Shown here: positions 40,509 through 49,486 of the stretch, one piece after another
Layout: each line of letters opens with the position of its first letter
Position numbering within the stretch: position 1 is the stretch's first letter
Origin: a virus
Strand: one strand, 5' to 3'
Virus record (IMG/VR): IMGVR_UViG_3300006163_000001
DNA: 64,000 bases
Notes under the pieces: generated by a model
Told to the model about the DNA's origin: nothing
What the model saw: the letters and a program-made list of their open reading frames with translations, nothing else
Database searches by the model: none
Made by a program: the position numbers and the translations under genes

Positions 40509-41053
40509 GATGCCTCCTTGGGCGGGAAGATTTCGGGGTGGTCGGCCTTCCACTGCAGCCAGTTGGTCATCGGCTTGTCGGTGATGGTGTGGACGCGGTC
40601 CATGACCTGCTCCAGCGACAGTTGGCCGGTCGCCTCGCGGCTGGGGGATCCGGCCGGGCCGGGCACGAACGTCGGCCCGTAGATCCACGAGCAGCGGCGG
40701 TATCCCCAGTCGTCCACCCCGTACTTGATGAAGACGGTGGTGTTCCAGCCGGAGTCGATGTCGAGGGGCCGCTGGTCCATCTTTCGGGCGTAGCCCTCGT
40801 TGCCGAACCAGTAGTTGCGGTGCTCCAGCAGGAAGGAGACGAGCATCTGGGCCTCGGCGTCCGTGGGGCGCTCGGCGGATGCGAACGGCCACGGCGGGTC
40901 GAAGGTGTTGCCGGTGTCGGCGCTCGTCCCGAGGTAGGCGGCGACGTAGCGCCACGCCGGGTTGAAGCTGGTGACGACCGGGATTCGCAGCGCGGTCAGC
41001 GGGTCGTCCTGGATGGCGTCCGTGCCGAACGGCCACGCCTTGGTTGCGGTCAC
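40505..41053 (-). CDS. hypothetical protein
   Basis: 182-aa ORF, Trp/Tyr-rich globular composition. Confidence 0.75.
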   Translation of the reverse strand: MTATKAWPFGTDAIQDDPLTALRIPVVTSFNPAWRYVAAYLGTSADTGNTFDPPWPFASAERPTDAEAQMLVSFLLEHRNYWFGNEGYARKMDQRPLDIDSGWNTTVFIKYGVDDWGYRRCSWIYGPTFVPGPAGSPSREATGQLSLEQVMDRVHTITDKPMTNWLQWKADHPEIFPPKEAS

Positions 41054-41250
41054 TTCGTCGCCTCCTTGGGCGTGCAGGCACAGGTTTCGGGGTGGGCGCA
41101 GGCCATCTGGTCGAAGACCCGCTCGTACCAGTCCGCGGGCTGCTGGACCGGGGTGTGGCCGAACGGCGGTGCGGCCAGCAGGGACTGCAGGGCGGCGTCC
41201 GCCTCCACGGCGGGCAGCGGCACATCCAAGGCGGCGATCGGGAGGGTCAT
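41050..41250 (-). CDS. hypothetical protein (66 aa)
   Basis: Internal ATG (MTLPIAALDV) with ATGA overlap. Confidence 0.55.
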   Translation of the reverse strand: MTLPIAALDVPLPAVEADAALQSLLAAPPFGHTPVQQPADWYERVFDQMACAHPETCACTPKEATK

Positions 41251-41528
41251 GACGTGGCCTCCTCGTCGAGGGGCGGACGGCCCGGGATGTCGATGCCCTC
41301 GCCGAGCGCGGGCAGGTTGTAGGAGGCGAGCACGGTCTGCCACTTGCGGCGGAACCGGGCGGCCCGCCACAGCGACCACGCTGTGGTGACCGCCTCCGAC
41401 AGCAGCAGCGTCGTCATCAGCGACGGGACATCGCCCGTGGCCGCCAGCCAGACACCGTTCGCGACCAGACCGCCAGCAACGCCGGAGGCGGCAGCCTCGA
41501 CGATCAGACGCAGGATCGGGCGCTTCAT
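41247..41528 (-). CDS. membrane protein
   Basis: 93-aa ORF with 2 TM. Confidence 0.65.
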   Translation of the reverse strand: MKRPILRLIVEAAASGVAGGLVANGVWLAATGDVPSLMTTLLLSEAVTTAWSLWRAARFRRKWQTVLASYNLPALGEGIDIPGRPPLDEEATS

Positions 41529-42133
41529 GCGGCCACCGCCTTACGGGCGGCGTCCCACACGTCGATGCCGTGGCGGATCGCGTAGCAGGAGTGCAGGAAG
41601 CCTGGCGTGTAGTCGCTGAAGTCCCATTCCGGCAGATCGCCGAAGTCCCAGCCCTCGTGCCGGAAGTCCGCCAGGGCTGCGCGGGCACCAGCCTCGTGAC
41701 TGATGTCGCCCATCTCGAAGATCTCGCGGGTGACCTCGGCGCCGATACCGCGCGGCGCCTCGCCCTCACGGATGGAGTGAACGACGTAACGCTTGACTTG
41801 CTGCTCGAAGAGGTCGTCACTGAAGCCCTCGACCTCGTCGCGTCCAGCGCGGACCTTCTCCGACCAGTAGCCGGGGTTGATCTGGCCCGTCAGTGCGGTG
41901 CGGCGGAACAGGTCGAACATGTCCGGGGTGGCGTCGATGTCGAAGTGGAACGTCCAGCCCGTCTTGACGACGAGGTTGTACGGCCACGTGATGAGCTCGA
42001 ACGCGCCGAACGAGCCGTGCTCCGGGTTCATGAACTTCAGGTGCCGGTAGAGGCCTTCGTCGTGCTTGACGGTCATCTCGTGGGCGGCCGTCTCCCGGGC
42101 GAACCGGGCAGCGATCTCCGGGTAGGCGGTCAT
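41525..42133 (-). CDS. hypothetical protein
   Basis: 202-aa ORF with realistic composition. Confidence 0.8.
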   Translation of the reverse strand: MTAYPEIAARFARETAAHEMTVKHDEGLYRHLKFMNPEHGSFGAFELITWPYNLVVKTGWTFHFDIDATPDMFDLFRRTALTGQINPGYWSEKVRAGRDEVEGFSDDLFEQQVKRYVVHSIREGEAPRGIGAEVTREIFEMGDISHEAGARAALADFRHEGWDFGDLPEWDFSDYTPGFLHSCYAIRHGIDVWDAARKAVAA

Positions 42134-42351
42134 GCCGCACCTCCGGCCGTGTCGGCGGGGTGGTATTCGATGCGGCCGTCGCCGTACACCGTCACCGCGG
42201 CGACAGCACCCTCCATCGACGCGCCAGGACCGTGAGACCCGAACTGCGCCACCTTCAACAAGCCGCCGAACGACGGCGAGATGTGCAGGTACTCCGTGTC
42301 CGAGTCGATCCGCTCAACCAGCGGAGACTCACCAGGGACCGGGGCGGTCAT
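42130..42351 (-). CDS. hypothetical protein
   Basis: 73-aa ORF with ATGA overlaps. Confidence 0.6.
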   Translation of the reverse strand: MTAPVPGESPLVERIDSDTEYLHISPSFGGLLKVAQFGSHGPGASMEGAVAAVTVYGDGRIEYHPADTAGGAA

Positions 42352-42872
42352 CGGACACCGCCCGACTCGCCGAGGCGGATCAGCGCGGACGGGTAGTGGC
42401 CGCCACCCTTCAGCGGGTCGATCTCGTCGGCCGCGTTACGCATGGTCGACGCGGTCTCGGTCATGGTCCCGAGCGCGCCATCCAGCTTGGCGGCCGTCAT
42501 ACGCAAGTCCTTCGCGGCTTCCTCGACGGCCCGGTTGCCAATGGCCCGCTGATAGTTCAAGTGCACGTCCTCTGCGAGGCGGGCGGCCAGGAAGCGGTGC
42601 ACCTCGGACGGCGTGACGGAGAAGCGGGACAGGTACTGCGCCTCGCCGATGACGTTCTCGTCGATGGAGAGCAGCGAGAGGATCCGGTTCAGCTCGTACT
42701 GAGCGGCGAGCGCCTCGGTGCCCGGGTCGGCGGAGTCGTCCATGAAGTGCTGGAGCTGGACAGAGACGCGCTTCGCTGCGGCGGCCAGCTCGTCACGCTC
42801 GATCGTGAGGCGCTCGATCTCGCGGGCCATCTCGTTGCCAGCCAGGGTGACGTTCGTCAGCTCGATACTCAT
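42348..42872 (-). CDS. hypothetical helical protein
   Basis: 174-aa ORF. Confidence 0.75.
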   Translation of the reverse strand: MSIELTNVTLAGNEMAREIERLTIERDELAAAAKRVSVQLQHFMDDSADPGTEALAAQYELNRILSLLSIDENVIGEAQYLSRFSVTPSEVHRFLAARLAEDVHLNYQRAIGNRAVEEAAKDLRMTAAKLDGALGTMTETASTMRNAADEIDPLKGGGHYPSALIRLGESGGVR

Positions 42873-43234
42873 GCGGCACCGTCCGAGCAGGTGCAGTTGG
42901 AGCTGATGCCGCCGACGTAGGCGCAGTCCGAGTCGTGGCCGCCGTTGGGCGGGAAGGGCTCCTCGGTGCGGGCCGCGTACAGGGCTTCGCGGTGGTCGTC
43001 CATCGCGGCGTCGCGGTTGCCCGCCTTCTTGGACGACCTGTTGATCACGTAGCCACCGAGGAGGAACCCGGCGTGCCTCTTGTCGTCGCTCTCGTCGAAG
43101 ATGACGGTGTCGTAGTAGCCGCCGCCGATACGGACGGTCGACACGAGCAGGTCCTTGGTCCCGGACTTGACCGGCGTCTGCCGGACGATCTCGGGAAGTC
43201 GGTTACGGGATGAGACCATGTTCATCAGGTCCAC
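42869..43234 (-). CDS. hypothetical protein
   Basis: 121-aa ORF. Confidence 0.7.
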   Translation of the reverse strand: MDLMNMVSSRNRLPEIVRQTPVKSGTKDLLVSTVRIGGGYYDTVIFDESDDKRHAGFLLGGYVINRSSKKAGNRDAAMDDHREALYAARTEEPFPPNGGHDSDCAYVGGISSNCTCSDGAA

Positions 43235-43331
43235 TCCGGTTTCTCTCAGGGATGTGTGGGTGGATCGGTGCGGCCGAGGCCGCGACGCCCCTGCTGCCGG
43301 TGTGTGAAGGCCCGGCGTGGGGGCGTTTTGC

Positions 43332-43586
43332 CTAGGCGGCGGCGCGGGTGCGGCGCTGGCGGGGCACGGTGGGCCCTATGCGGCTGGCCTCGTAGTAGGC
43401 GGCAATGTCGGTGTCGCTAATGCGGATGACTCCGCCGGGAACTTCCTGGCTGTAGCCGAGGCGGCCGGCCTTCAGGAGGCGGTGCACTGTGCGGACGCTG
43501 CACTTGAGGATCGCGGCGGTCTCGCGGACGCTGTGGTAGCGCAGGGCGGTCACAGTGGGGGTCTGGGGGGACTGGCTGGTAGCCAT
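43332..43586 (-). CDS. excisionase-type (MerR-like) HTH DNA-binding protein
   Basis: HSVRETAAILKCSVRTVHRLLKAGRLG...IRISDTDI. RBS AGGAAG. Confidence 0.75.
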   Translation of the reverse strand: MATSQSPQTPTVTALRYHSVRETAAILKCSVRTVHRLLKAGRLGYSQEVPGGVIRISDTDIAAYYEASRIGPTVPRQRRTRAAA

Positions 43587-43587
43587 T

Positions 43588-43833
43588 TCACTTCCTTTCT
43601 GGGGGGTCCGTGTGGGGGGCGAGGAGTTCGGTGTCGGTCGCGTTCAGGGCGGCTCGGAGTGCCTGGTAGGGGCCAGGTCTCATGCGGGTGCGGTCGCCGC
43701 GCTCTACCTTTCGGAGGTAGTTGGCGGTGATGCCGACCTTGTCGGCGAGCTGCTGGACGTCCATCCCCGCGTTCATGCGTCTGGTGCAGATAGCCGTCCC
43801 GTCCACCGTGAAGGTGGTTGGGGTTTGTGCCAT
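43588..43833 (-). CDS. XRE-family HTH, Cro-like
   Basis: MDVQQLADKVGITANYLRKVERGDR. Divergent from the CI-like gene. Confidence 0.75.
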   Translation of the reverse strand: MAQTPTTFTVDGTAICTRRMNAGMDVQQLADKVGITANYLRKVERGDRTRMRPGPYQALRAALNATDTELLAPHTDPPERK

Positions 43834-43850
43834 GCGTAGAAGTTACCCAC

Positions 43851-43922
43851 AGATGCCCACGCTGTCTAGCCATAGATGACCCTAGAGGGTCACCTGTTGC
43901 CACTAGATGGCCGTAGATGCCC
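43851..43922. promoter_or_regulatory. operator-like repeats in the divergent switch region
   Basis: AGATGNCC at 43851, 43874, 43905 and 43915. Perfect 14-bp palindrome GACCCTAGAGGGTC at 43878-43891. Confidence 0.6.
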
Positions 43923-44009
43923 TCTGAGCTGGGCAAATGGAGGGGCGAGTTTGGGTCTAAGTAGCCCCTAGTCCTGGCTGGTCCCCGCCAGTCCTGCCAA
44001 GATGAGGGC

Positions 44010-44444
44010 ATGCCCTCCGTTGTTGATCACGACTTCGACCGTCTGGCGCGACTCGCCCGCAGCCGTCGCGCCGATCTCGGCCTGGCCCTGAACGACATCA
44101 ACGCCAAAGCCGCCGGCATGTCCAAGCACACGTGGCAGCGCGTCGAGAAGGGCCTGCCTATCCGGGAGACCAACTACGTCAAGATCGATGGAGTCCTTCA
44201 GTGGGCACCTGGCAGCTGCCTGAACGTCCTGAAGGGGGGCGAGCCCACGCCCGTGGAGGAGCTGAAGGACCCGGATGCCGCCAGCGTCCAGAAGTCGCCT
44301 CTCCCTCGGGAGATTCTCGACCGGGAGGCCTTGGACGCCGTGCAGCTGGCGCTCATCGCGACAGCGAAGGGGACACCCGCGGAGGAGATCCGCGAGATGA
44401 GTGAGCGTGTAGTGCGCGACTTGCGTGAACGCGGCCTGATCTAG
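44010..44444 (+). CDS. XRE-like HTH repressor candidate (CI-like)
   Basis: LNDINAKAAGMSKHTWQRVEKGLPIRETNY. Its position fits a lysogeny switch. Confidence 0.7.
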   Translation: MPSVVDHDFDRLARLARSRRADLGLALNDINAKAAGMSKHTWQRVEKGLPIRETNYVKIDGVLQWAPGSCLNVLKGGEPTPVEELKDPDAASVQKSPLPREILDREALDAVQLALIATAKGTPAEEIREMSERVVRDLRERGLI

Positions 44445-44517
44445 GCGAAGTTCACTCATTCGACGTACAACTATTTGCATTTACCGTTTTGTTACTTCAA
44501 TTGCACAAGCCACTTCG

Positions 44518-44543
44518 GTCCCACATAGTCCCAACAGGTCCCA
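44518..44543. repeat. three GTCCCA hexamers phased at 10 bp
   Basis: GTCCCA at 44518, 44528 and 44538, in a lower-GC intergenic stretch. Confidence 0.6.
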
Positions 44544-44604
44544 AACGTGGCAGAGTCGTGACACGTCCTCGGAGGCTTCCCTACAGGCGACTTAAGGGGG
44601 AGCC

Positions 44605-44808
44605 ATGCTGCAAAACAGCGCGATCGTCGTCGACTACGGGCCAAAGTTTGACGGGACAGCGGTTCGGACCGGCGACGGAATCGTCTGCGTGGTTCCGAGC
44701 CAGATACGCCAGAGACCAGAAGTGCGGGCCTCGATGGCGGAACTGGTGAGGGACCTCGGTGGTGAATGCGGTCACTGTGCAGCCTGCCCCCTCGGGCAGG
44801 CAGGCTGA
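44605..44808 (+). CDS. hypothetical protein (67 aa), C-terminal CGHCAAC
   Basis: ATG preceded by AAGGGGGAG. Confidence 0.6.
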   Translation: MLQNSAIVVDYGPKFDGTAVRTGDGIVCVVPSQIRQRPEVRASMAELVRDLGGECGHCAACPLGQAG

Positions 44809-44885
44809 GCGACCATGATTGATGCGGAGTCCCGGCAGCAGGGGTGCCTGCCGGACTACCGCACCACCACGACAAGGGGGCGAGT

Positions 44886-46169
44886 ATGGCCAGACGAGCG
44901 CGAGACGTCTACGTCGAATGGCGCGGCGGCACATGCCGCGTGAAGTGGTGGACCGGCGAGTACCACGACGACGGCCGCAAACGCTTCGAGTCCAAGGGCG
45001 GCTTCACCGACGAGGACGAAGCCTACGACTACGGCCTCGACAAGATGAGCGAGATCCGGCACGGCACTGGGGTCTCCAACCGCGACGGCGCCACCCTCAT
45101 GACGGACTGGATCGAGGACTGGTTCGCGGCCACGGACCACACCTATACGACACACAAGAGCTACAAGGCCATCATCAACAAGCACATTCGCCCGTACTTC
45201 CGCGGCAAGACCGTCGGCGAGGTCGACGTCATCGCCTACCGGGCCTTCCGGATGCACATCCAGAAGAAGCTGCCGGCGGCGGGAAGCGTGCGCAACGTCA
45301 TGATGGTGCTGAATATGATCCTCGACGATGCGGTTCCCCGACTCATCAAGGTTTCGCCCGTCGAGCGCAAGCGGCAGCGCGGCCGGTACGTCAAGAAGAC
45401 GCAGCGGGAACGCAAGCGGGACATGGACATCGCCGCCGTCGACCAGCTGGCACGCAACGCCGAGGTCGTCTTCGGCTACCCGGGCTACGTCATGATGTGG
45501 ACGATGGCCGTGACCGGCATGCGGCCTGGCGAGCTCTTCGGCCTGCGCCGCGAGTACTGCTACCCCAACTGGCCGGCCAACGACCCCCGCCCGGATCCGG
45601 ATGAACAGGAACGGTACGAGGACGACGTGCTCCGCTACGGCAAGGGTGAAGGGCTCATGCCGGCCATTCGCGTGCAGCAGCAGGTGCAGCAGGAGAAGGG
45701 GCGACTGGCTGAAGTGCCGCCGAAGTACTTCTCCTACCGGACGCTGGTGGTACCTCAGTTCCTGGCGGACATGCTGGAGAAGCTGCTGGCCTCGCACGAC
45801 AGGCAGTGGGTCTTCCCTGCCATCGAGGGCGGATGCTTGGGGACGGCACGGTTCTCGGCCGACTACTGGCCGCCCATCTCGCAGGGCGCCGAGGAGCGCA
45901 AGAAGGTCCGCGGCGGACGGAATCAGCGGCCCGTGATTCCTGTCGTGCCCGACTTCGACGGCAAGCGCATGTACTTGCTCAGGCACGGCCACAAGGCATG
46001 GCTGGACGAGGACGGGCACAGCCGGTTCGCGGTGGAGTCCCGGATGGGCCACGAGGTGCCGGGAGTTGAGGGCACGTACAGCAGCGTGACCGTGCCGATG
46101 GAGCGTGCGATTATGGCGGCGCTGCAGGAGCGCTGGGAGAGGCACCAGGAGGACCGAGACGGCTCCTGA
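44886..46169 (+). CDS. int: tyrosine integrase
   Basis: ATG preceded by GGGGG. N-terminal SAM-like core-binding region. C-terminal LLRHGHKAWL...MGHEVPGVEGTYS (catalytic His/Arg/Tyr context). Confidence 0.9.
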   Translation: MARRARDVYVEWRGGTCRVKWWTGEYHDDGRKRFESKGGFTDEDEAYDYGLDKMSEIRHGTGVSNRDGATLMTDWIEDWFAATDHTYTTHKSYKAIINKHIRPYFRGKTVGEVDVIAYRAFRMHIQKKLPAAGSVRNVMMVLNMILDDAVPRLIKVSPVERKRQRGRYVKKTQRERKRDMDIAAVDQLARNAEVVFGYPGYVMMWTMAVTGMRPGELFGLRREYCYPNWPANDPRPDPDEQERYEDDVLRYGKGEGLMPAIRVQQQVQQEKGRLAEVPPKYFSYRTLVVPQFLADMLEKLLASHDRQWVFPAIEGGCLGTARFSADYWPPISQGAEERKKVRGGRNQRPVIPVVPDFDGKRMYLLRHGHKAWLDEDGHSRFAVESRMGHEVPGVEGTYSSVTVPMERAIMAALQERWERHQEDRDGS

Positions 46170-46180
46170 TGCCGGGCCGA

Positions 46181-46510
46181 TTTCCCAGTTCTTTCCCATT
46201 CCGGGTTGTTTGATCAAGGGAACCCGAGGTCAGTCCCCTCCAGTCCCTCACCCTTCGGTGTTCCTGCAGAACAACTGAGCTGATCCAATGGGATCTTTGC
46301 GGCCTGCATGATTGTCGGCCACCAGGCCTGTGAGCAGTACCTTTCCTGCTGCACACTTGCCATGTGTGGCCATGTATTGCCACGTGAAGCCATGATCGTT
46401 TCCCACTCGTTTCCCAGTGGCACACTGTGTCCTAGGCGACGCCCCCCACAGAGCGCCGGGCCCGACTCCCTGGGATGCCCTCGGAGGCAATGGCAGGAGT
46501 CGGGCCCGGC
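46181..46510. other. attP-like repeat-rich non-coding region
   Basis: TTTCCCA pairs 11 bp apart (46181/46192 and 46399/46410). CAGTCCC x2 (46231, 46241). Four 10-bp repeats GCCAYGWNNN (46359-46398). 15-bp IR at 46455-46469 / 46496-46510. Confidence 0.5.
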
Positions 46511-46943
46511 TTCTATTCAACGAGTGTCCCATGCGTCGATAACGACACAGGGGCTCCCGTCGAGGTTCACCACACGGCCGCAGACGGGCGCCCGCGCGGT
46601 GAACCTTCGGCGTCGCGGGACCTGAACCCCGCGGCGCCGAAGTCTTCAGTTGTCTCGCCGGCCTGTGTGGCCGCCGTTCCCATCGGATACCACCAACATT
46701 CGTTGGTGATTCCTCGATTCACCCTTTCGAGCGAACACCAGTTCGACTGCGGACACTACCTGCCGCCCTGCGGCATATGCCAGTCCGCAGGGCTGCCAGT
46801 GGGGGGTTGGCAGTGGTGGTGCTGCGGGCCCGGTACGGGGCTCCGCATGTTCTACGGCGGCGGGCGGCTCGTCCGTCGCCGGGATTTCAAGAGCGACAGT
46901 TTAGGTACTGACGCAAGATCGCTAGACGCTAACGCTTCGTCGG

Positions 46944-47186
46944 GTGCCAGCTCGCCGCAACCCACGACCCGACTGGGTCCGCATCCGCCAGATCGCCCTC
47001 GGTAAACGCATCGCCGACCTTCGCCGGGCCGCCGACCTCTCCCAGGAGGAGCTCGGCAACCGCATGGGTGTCGAGCGGCGAACCATCCAAAGGTATGAGA
47101 ACGCTGTGACTGATCCGCGCTATGCGGATCTGCTGCTCCTCGCTCGGGCGTTGCGTGTCCCGCTTGGTGATCTCATTGGCGGCTGA
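46944..47186 (+). CDS. XRE-family HTH regulator
   Basis: LGKRIADLRRAADLSQEELGNRMGVERRTIQRYENAV. GTG start is uncertain. Confidence 0.65.
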   Translation: MPARRNPRPDWVRIRQIALGKRIADLRRAADLSQEELGNRMGVERRTIQRYENAVTDPRYADLLLLARALRVPLGDLIGG

Positions 47187-47389
47187 GTTGCGGTGCGCGG
47201 CTACGGTTCCGAACCGCGCGCTGCTTTGATTTGTATTCAACGACACGTACCCGCCAAGTGACGGCGCTTTCTGCATATATCTGCGCGGGTCCTGTGGGCC
47301 GGATGTGAACGTCTCGCCGACCGTGATCCGTTGGCCAAACGTTCCGCCCGGTAACCCGTCCCGCCGCACCGCCCGCGACGGGGCGGGCG

Positions 47390-47635
47390 CTATGTCGTCC
47401 CGCGGTTGTACCGGCGGAGCGCCTCCCCGTCGGCCTTCTGGTAGGCGCTGTACAGGTCCTCGGCTTCGGTGCACTTCACGGCGTCGCGGCTGCGGCAGCT
47501 GGGGCAGTGGGTGGCGTGTTCGACGTAGGCACCCCAGGCTTCTTGTGGCGGGGTGAGGTGGGCGCCGGAGGCTATGAGACCGGATGGCGGCAGGCCGCTT
47601 TCGTACTCGGCGGGCGGGTCTCTACGATCGTCCAT
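47390..47635 (-). CDS. hypothetical protein with CPSC motif
   Basis: 81-aa ORF. Confidence 0.6.
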   Translation of the reverse strand: MDDRRDPPAEYESGLPPSGLIASGAHLTPPQEAWGAYVEHATHCPSCRSRDAVKCTEAEDLYSAYQKADGEALRRYNRGTT

Positions 47636-47724
47636 GGCGGCGCTCCAGCGGTGTCGTCCACGCCCCTGGGCCGTTGTCGGCGGTCGCAGGGGTCTTTCTG
47701 TGAATTTGCAGGCTAGCCCGACTT

Positions 47725-47754
47725 GTATCGCTCTGTCTCGCGACGTCTCGATAC
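47725..47754. promoter_or_regulatory. inverted repeat upstream of the GntR-like gene
   Basis: GTATCG-N18-CGATAC, which fits the GT...AC style of GntR operators. Confidence 0.4.
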
Positions 47755-47799
47755 GTAGCCCGAGATGCCGCCTTGTAGGTGGCTGCCTAGCTTCGGATC

Positions 47800-48063
47800 A
47801 TGACCGCTGATCCTGATGCCGAGATCGACCACGAAGGCCCGGTGACGCCATACCGGCAGCTCGCGGCCATCCTGAAGGCCAGGATCGCCCGCGGCGACTG
47901 GGCGGAAGGCAGGCCGATCGCGTCCGAGACGCGGCTGGTGCAGGAGTACGGGATCGCCCGGACGACCGTGCGGCGCGCCCTTGACGTCCTCGTCGACGAG
48001 CGGGTCGTGTGGAAGGTGCAGGGGCGCGGCACCTACGTGGGACAGCCGCCCGCCGAGGGCTGA
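47800..48063 (+). CDS. GntR-family winged-HTH domain protein (no effector domain)
   Basis: PYRQLAAILKARIARGDW...SETRLVQEYGIARTTVRRALDVLVDERVV. Only 87 aa. Confidence 0.75.
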   Translation: MTADPDAEIDHEGPVTPYRQLAAILKARIARGDWAEGRPIASETRLVQEYGIARTTVRRALDVLVDERVVWKVQGRGTYVGQPPAEG

Positions 48064-48071
48064 CGTGCCGA

Positions 48072-48091
48072 AGCCCCGCCGTAGCGGGGCT
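48072..48091. terminator. bidirectional stem-loop
   Basis: AGCCCCGC-cgta-GCGGGGCT. Confidence 0.6.
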
Positions 48092-48099
48092 CGGGGGCA

Positions 48100-48291
48100 C
48101 TACGGTCGGGGTCCGAGGCGGTCGTCCCACGCCTTGGTGGGCAGGTCCTTCAGCCAGCGGGCGATGCATTCGCGGGCATAGTCGGCCTCGATGTCCTCGT
48201 CGTCCCACTGCTCGACCAGGCGCCCTGCGGCTTTGACGAGATGCTCGGCGACTTCGCGCTTCTGCCATGGCTTGCTCATCCCGACGGACAT
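48100..48291 (-). CDS. hypothetical protein (63 aa)
   Basis: ATG preceded by GAAGGAGA. TGATG overlap. Confidence 0.55.
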   Translation of the reverse strand: MSVGMSKPWQKREVAEHLVKAAGRLVEQWDDEDIEADYARECIARWLKDLPTKAWDDRLGPRP

Positions 48292-48503
48292 CAACGAGTC
48301 TCCTTCTCGATCTCTTTGCATCTCCGGCAGGTGGGGAACTCGTTGAGCGCTTCCCAGCTGTTCACACGGCGCGGGAGCGGAGTGCCGCAGAGGGCGACGT
48401 TCTCCGCCCTGTCCTGCCACAGGCCACCCGCCACGAGGTGCTTGGTGCGCCCCCGGCGGGTCAGCCCCATGGACGGGTCCCAGTAGACGAGGTTCCGGCT
48501 CAT
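48291..48503 (-). CDS. hypothetical protein (70 aa)
   Basis: Internal ATG (MSRNLVYWDPS) with ATGA overlap. Confidence 0.55.
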   Translation of the reverse strand: MSRNLVYWDPSMGLTRRGRTKHLVAGGLWQDRAENVALCGTPLPRRVNSWEALNEFPTCRRCKEIEKETR

Positions 48504-49366
48504 CGGACGAAGTTGAGTTGGGCCGCCTTCGCGTCGGCTTCCTCGCGGCTCGTGCGCGTGCCGACGGCAAGGTCTGTCCGGGTGTCGCGGATCTCGAAGT
48601 AGTTCGGGCCCAGCTCCATCACCACGTAGCGCTTGTTCAGGCGCCCGCGAAGCCACGTGTGCGGGTCGACCAGGAAGCCGGTGTCCTTCGTCGCCTCCTC
48701 CACTTCTGGGCGCTTCCAGCCGCCGTGCTCGTTCTTCTCCGGCAGCTCGTAGCCCTCCGGCAGGCCGGGCTCCCACGGCTTCTCACCGGACCCCGGGCAG
48801 ATGTCGCCGTCCGACTGCTGCGGCAGGCCGCCCGCGAGGGTGACGTGACCCATGTCGACGGACTCCCGGTGCTTGCGCATGGTGCCGTCCTTGCGGAGCT
48901 TGCCCGCCCACTTGCAGCGCGGGCAGGTGGCGTAGCTGTTGTCGGCGGTAGCGAAGTCGTCGGTCACTGCAACTTCCTGGTTGGTGTTGTCGTCGGTGGT
49001 AGGCGTCTCGGCAAGGTGCGGCTTCATGCAGTAGTGGCAGACGCAGACGCCGCCAGCCGTAATGTTCTGGCACGAGTTCCAAGGTTCGGTCTTGCAGCGG
49101 TCACAGGAGCAGACGCCCCCGGGGGCTGCAACATGCCCGATCTCGTTGAGCTCGTAGGTGCCGGGCTCGTACCAGCACTCGGCCCAGCGGCCCTCGAAGG
49201 GGCGGGAGTCGACGTCGTCGACGGTGCGCTTGGCCCACTCGATGACGTCCGCCTGGGTGCCGAGCCATTCGCCGCACTCGGTGCCGTTCACAGAGATCCG
49301 CGACTTGCCGTAGGCCTTGCCCTTGACGGCCTTGAGCTGGCGGCCCTTGTAGGTCTCGCGGATCAT
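48500..49366 (-). CDS. Cys-rich hypothetical protein (288 aa)
   Basis: ATG preceded by GGGGAGA. Several CxxC pairs (CSCDRCK, CVCHYC, CPRCK). Confidence 0.75.
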   Translation of the reverse strand: MIRETYKGRQLKAVKGKAYGKSRISVNGTECGEWLGTQADVIEWAKRTVDDVDSRPFEGRWAECWYEPGTYELNEIGHVAAPGGVCSCDRCKTEPWNSCQNITAGGVCVCHYCMKPHLAETPTTDDNTNQEVAVTDDFATADNSYATCPRCKWAGKLRKDGTMRKHRESVDMGHVTLAGGLPQQSDGDICPGSGEKPWEPGLPEGYELPEKNEHGGWKRPEVEEATKDTGFLVDPHTWLRGRLNKRYVVMELGPNYFEIRDTRTDLAVGTRTSREEADAKAAQLNFVR

Positions 49367-49392
49367 TTTGTCTCCCCTGTTCGGCGCTTGTT

Positions 49393-49469
49393 TCTGTTTA
49401 ACAAGAATGACGCACACGGCACCCCTTGTCAACCCATCGCGCCAGATGGATGCTAGATTCTGTTAAACA
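49393..49469. promoter_or_regulatory. paired palindromic sites in a divergent promoter region
   Basis: TCTGTTTAACA (49393) and TCTGTTAAACA (49459). Each contains a TGTTWAACA palindrome. Confidence 0.5.
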
Positions 49470-49486
49470 CTTACCGAGGGGGAACG

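Noticed and set aside
46475-47005. Listed 176-aa plus-strand ORF (and antisense ORFs 46111-46532) in the region after int.
   Set aside because: Third-position GC bias is poor, composition is odd, there is no RBS, and the region is packed with short phased repeats. It is treated as non-coding attP/regulatory DNA.
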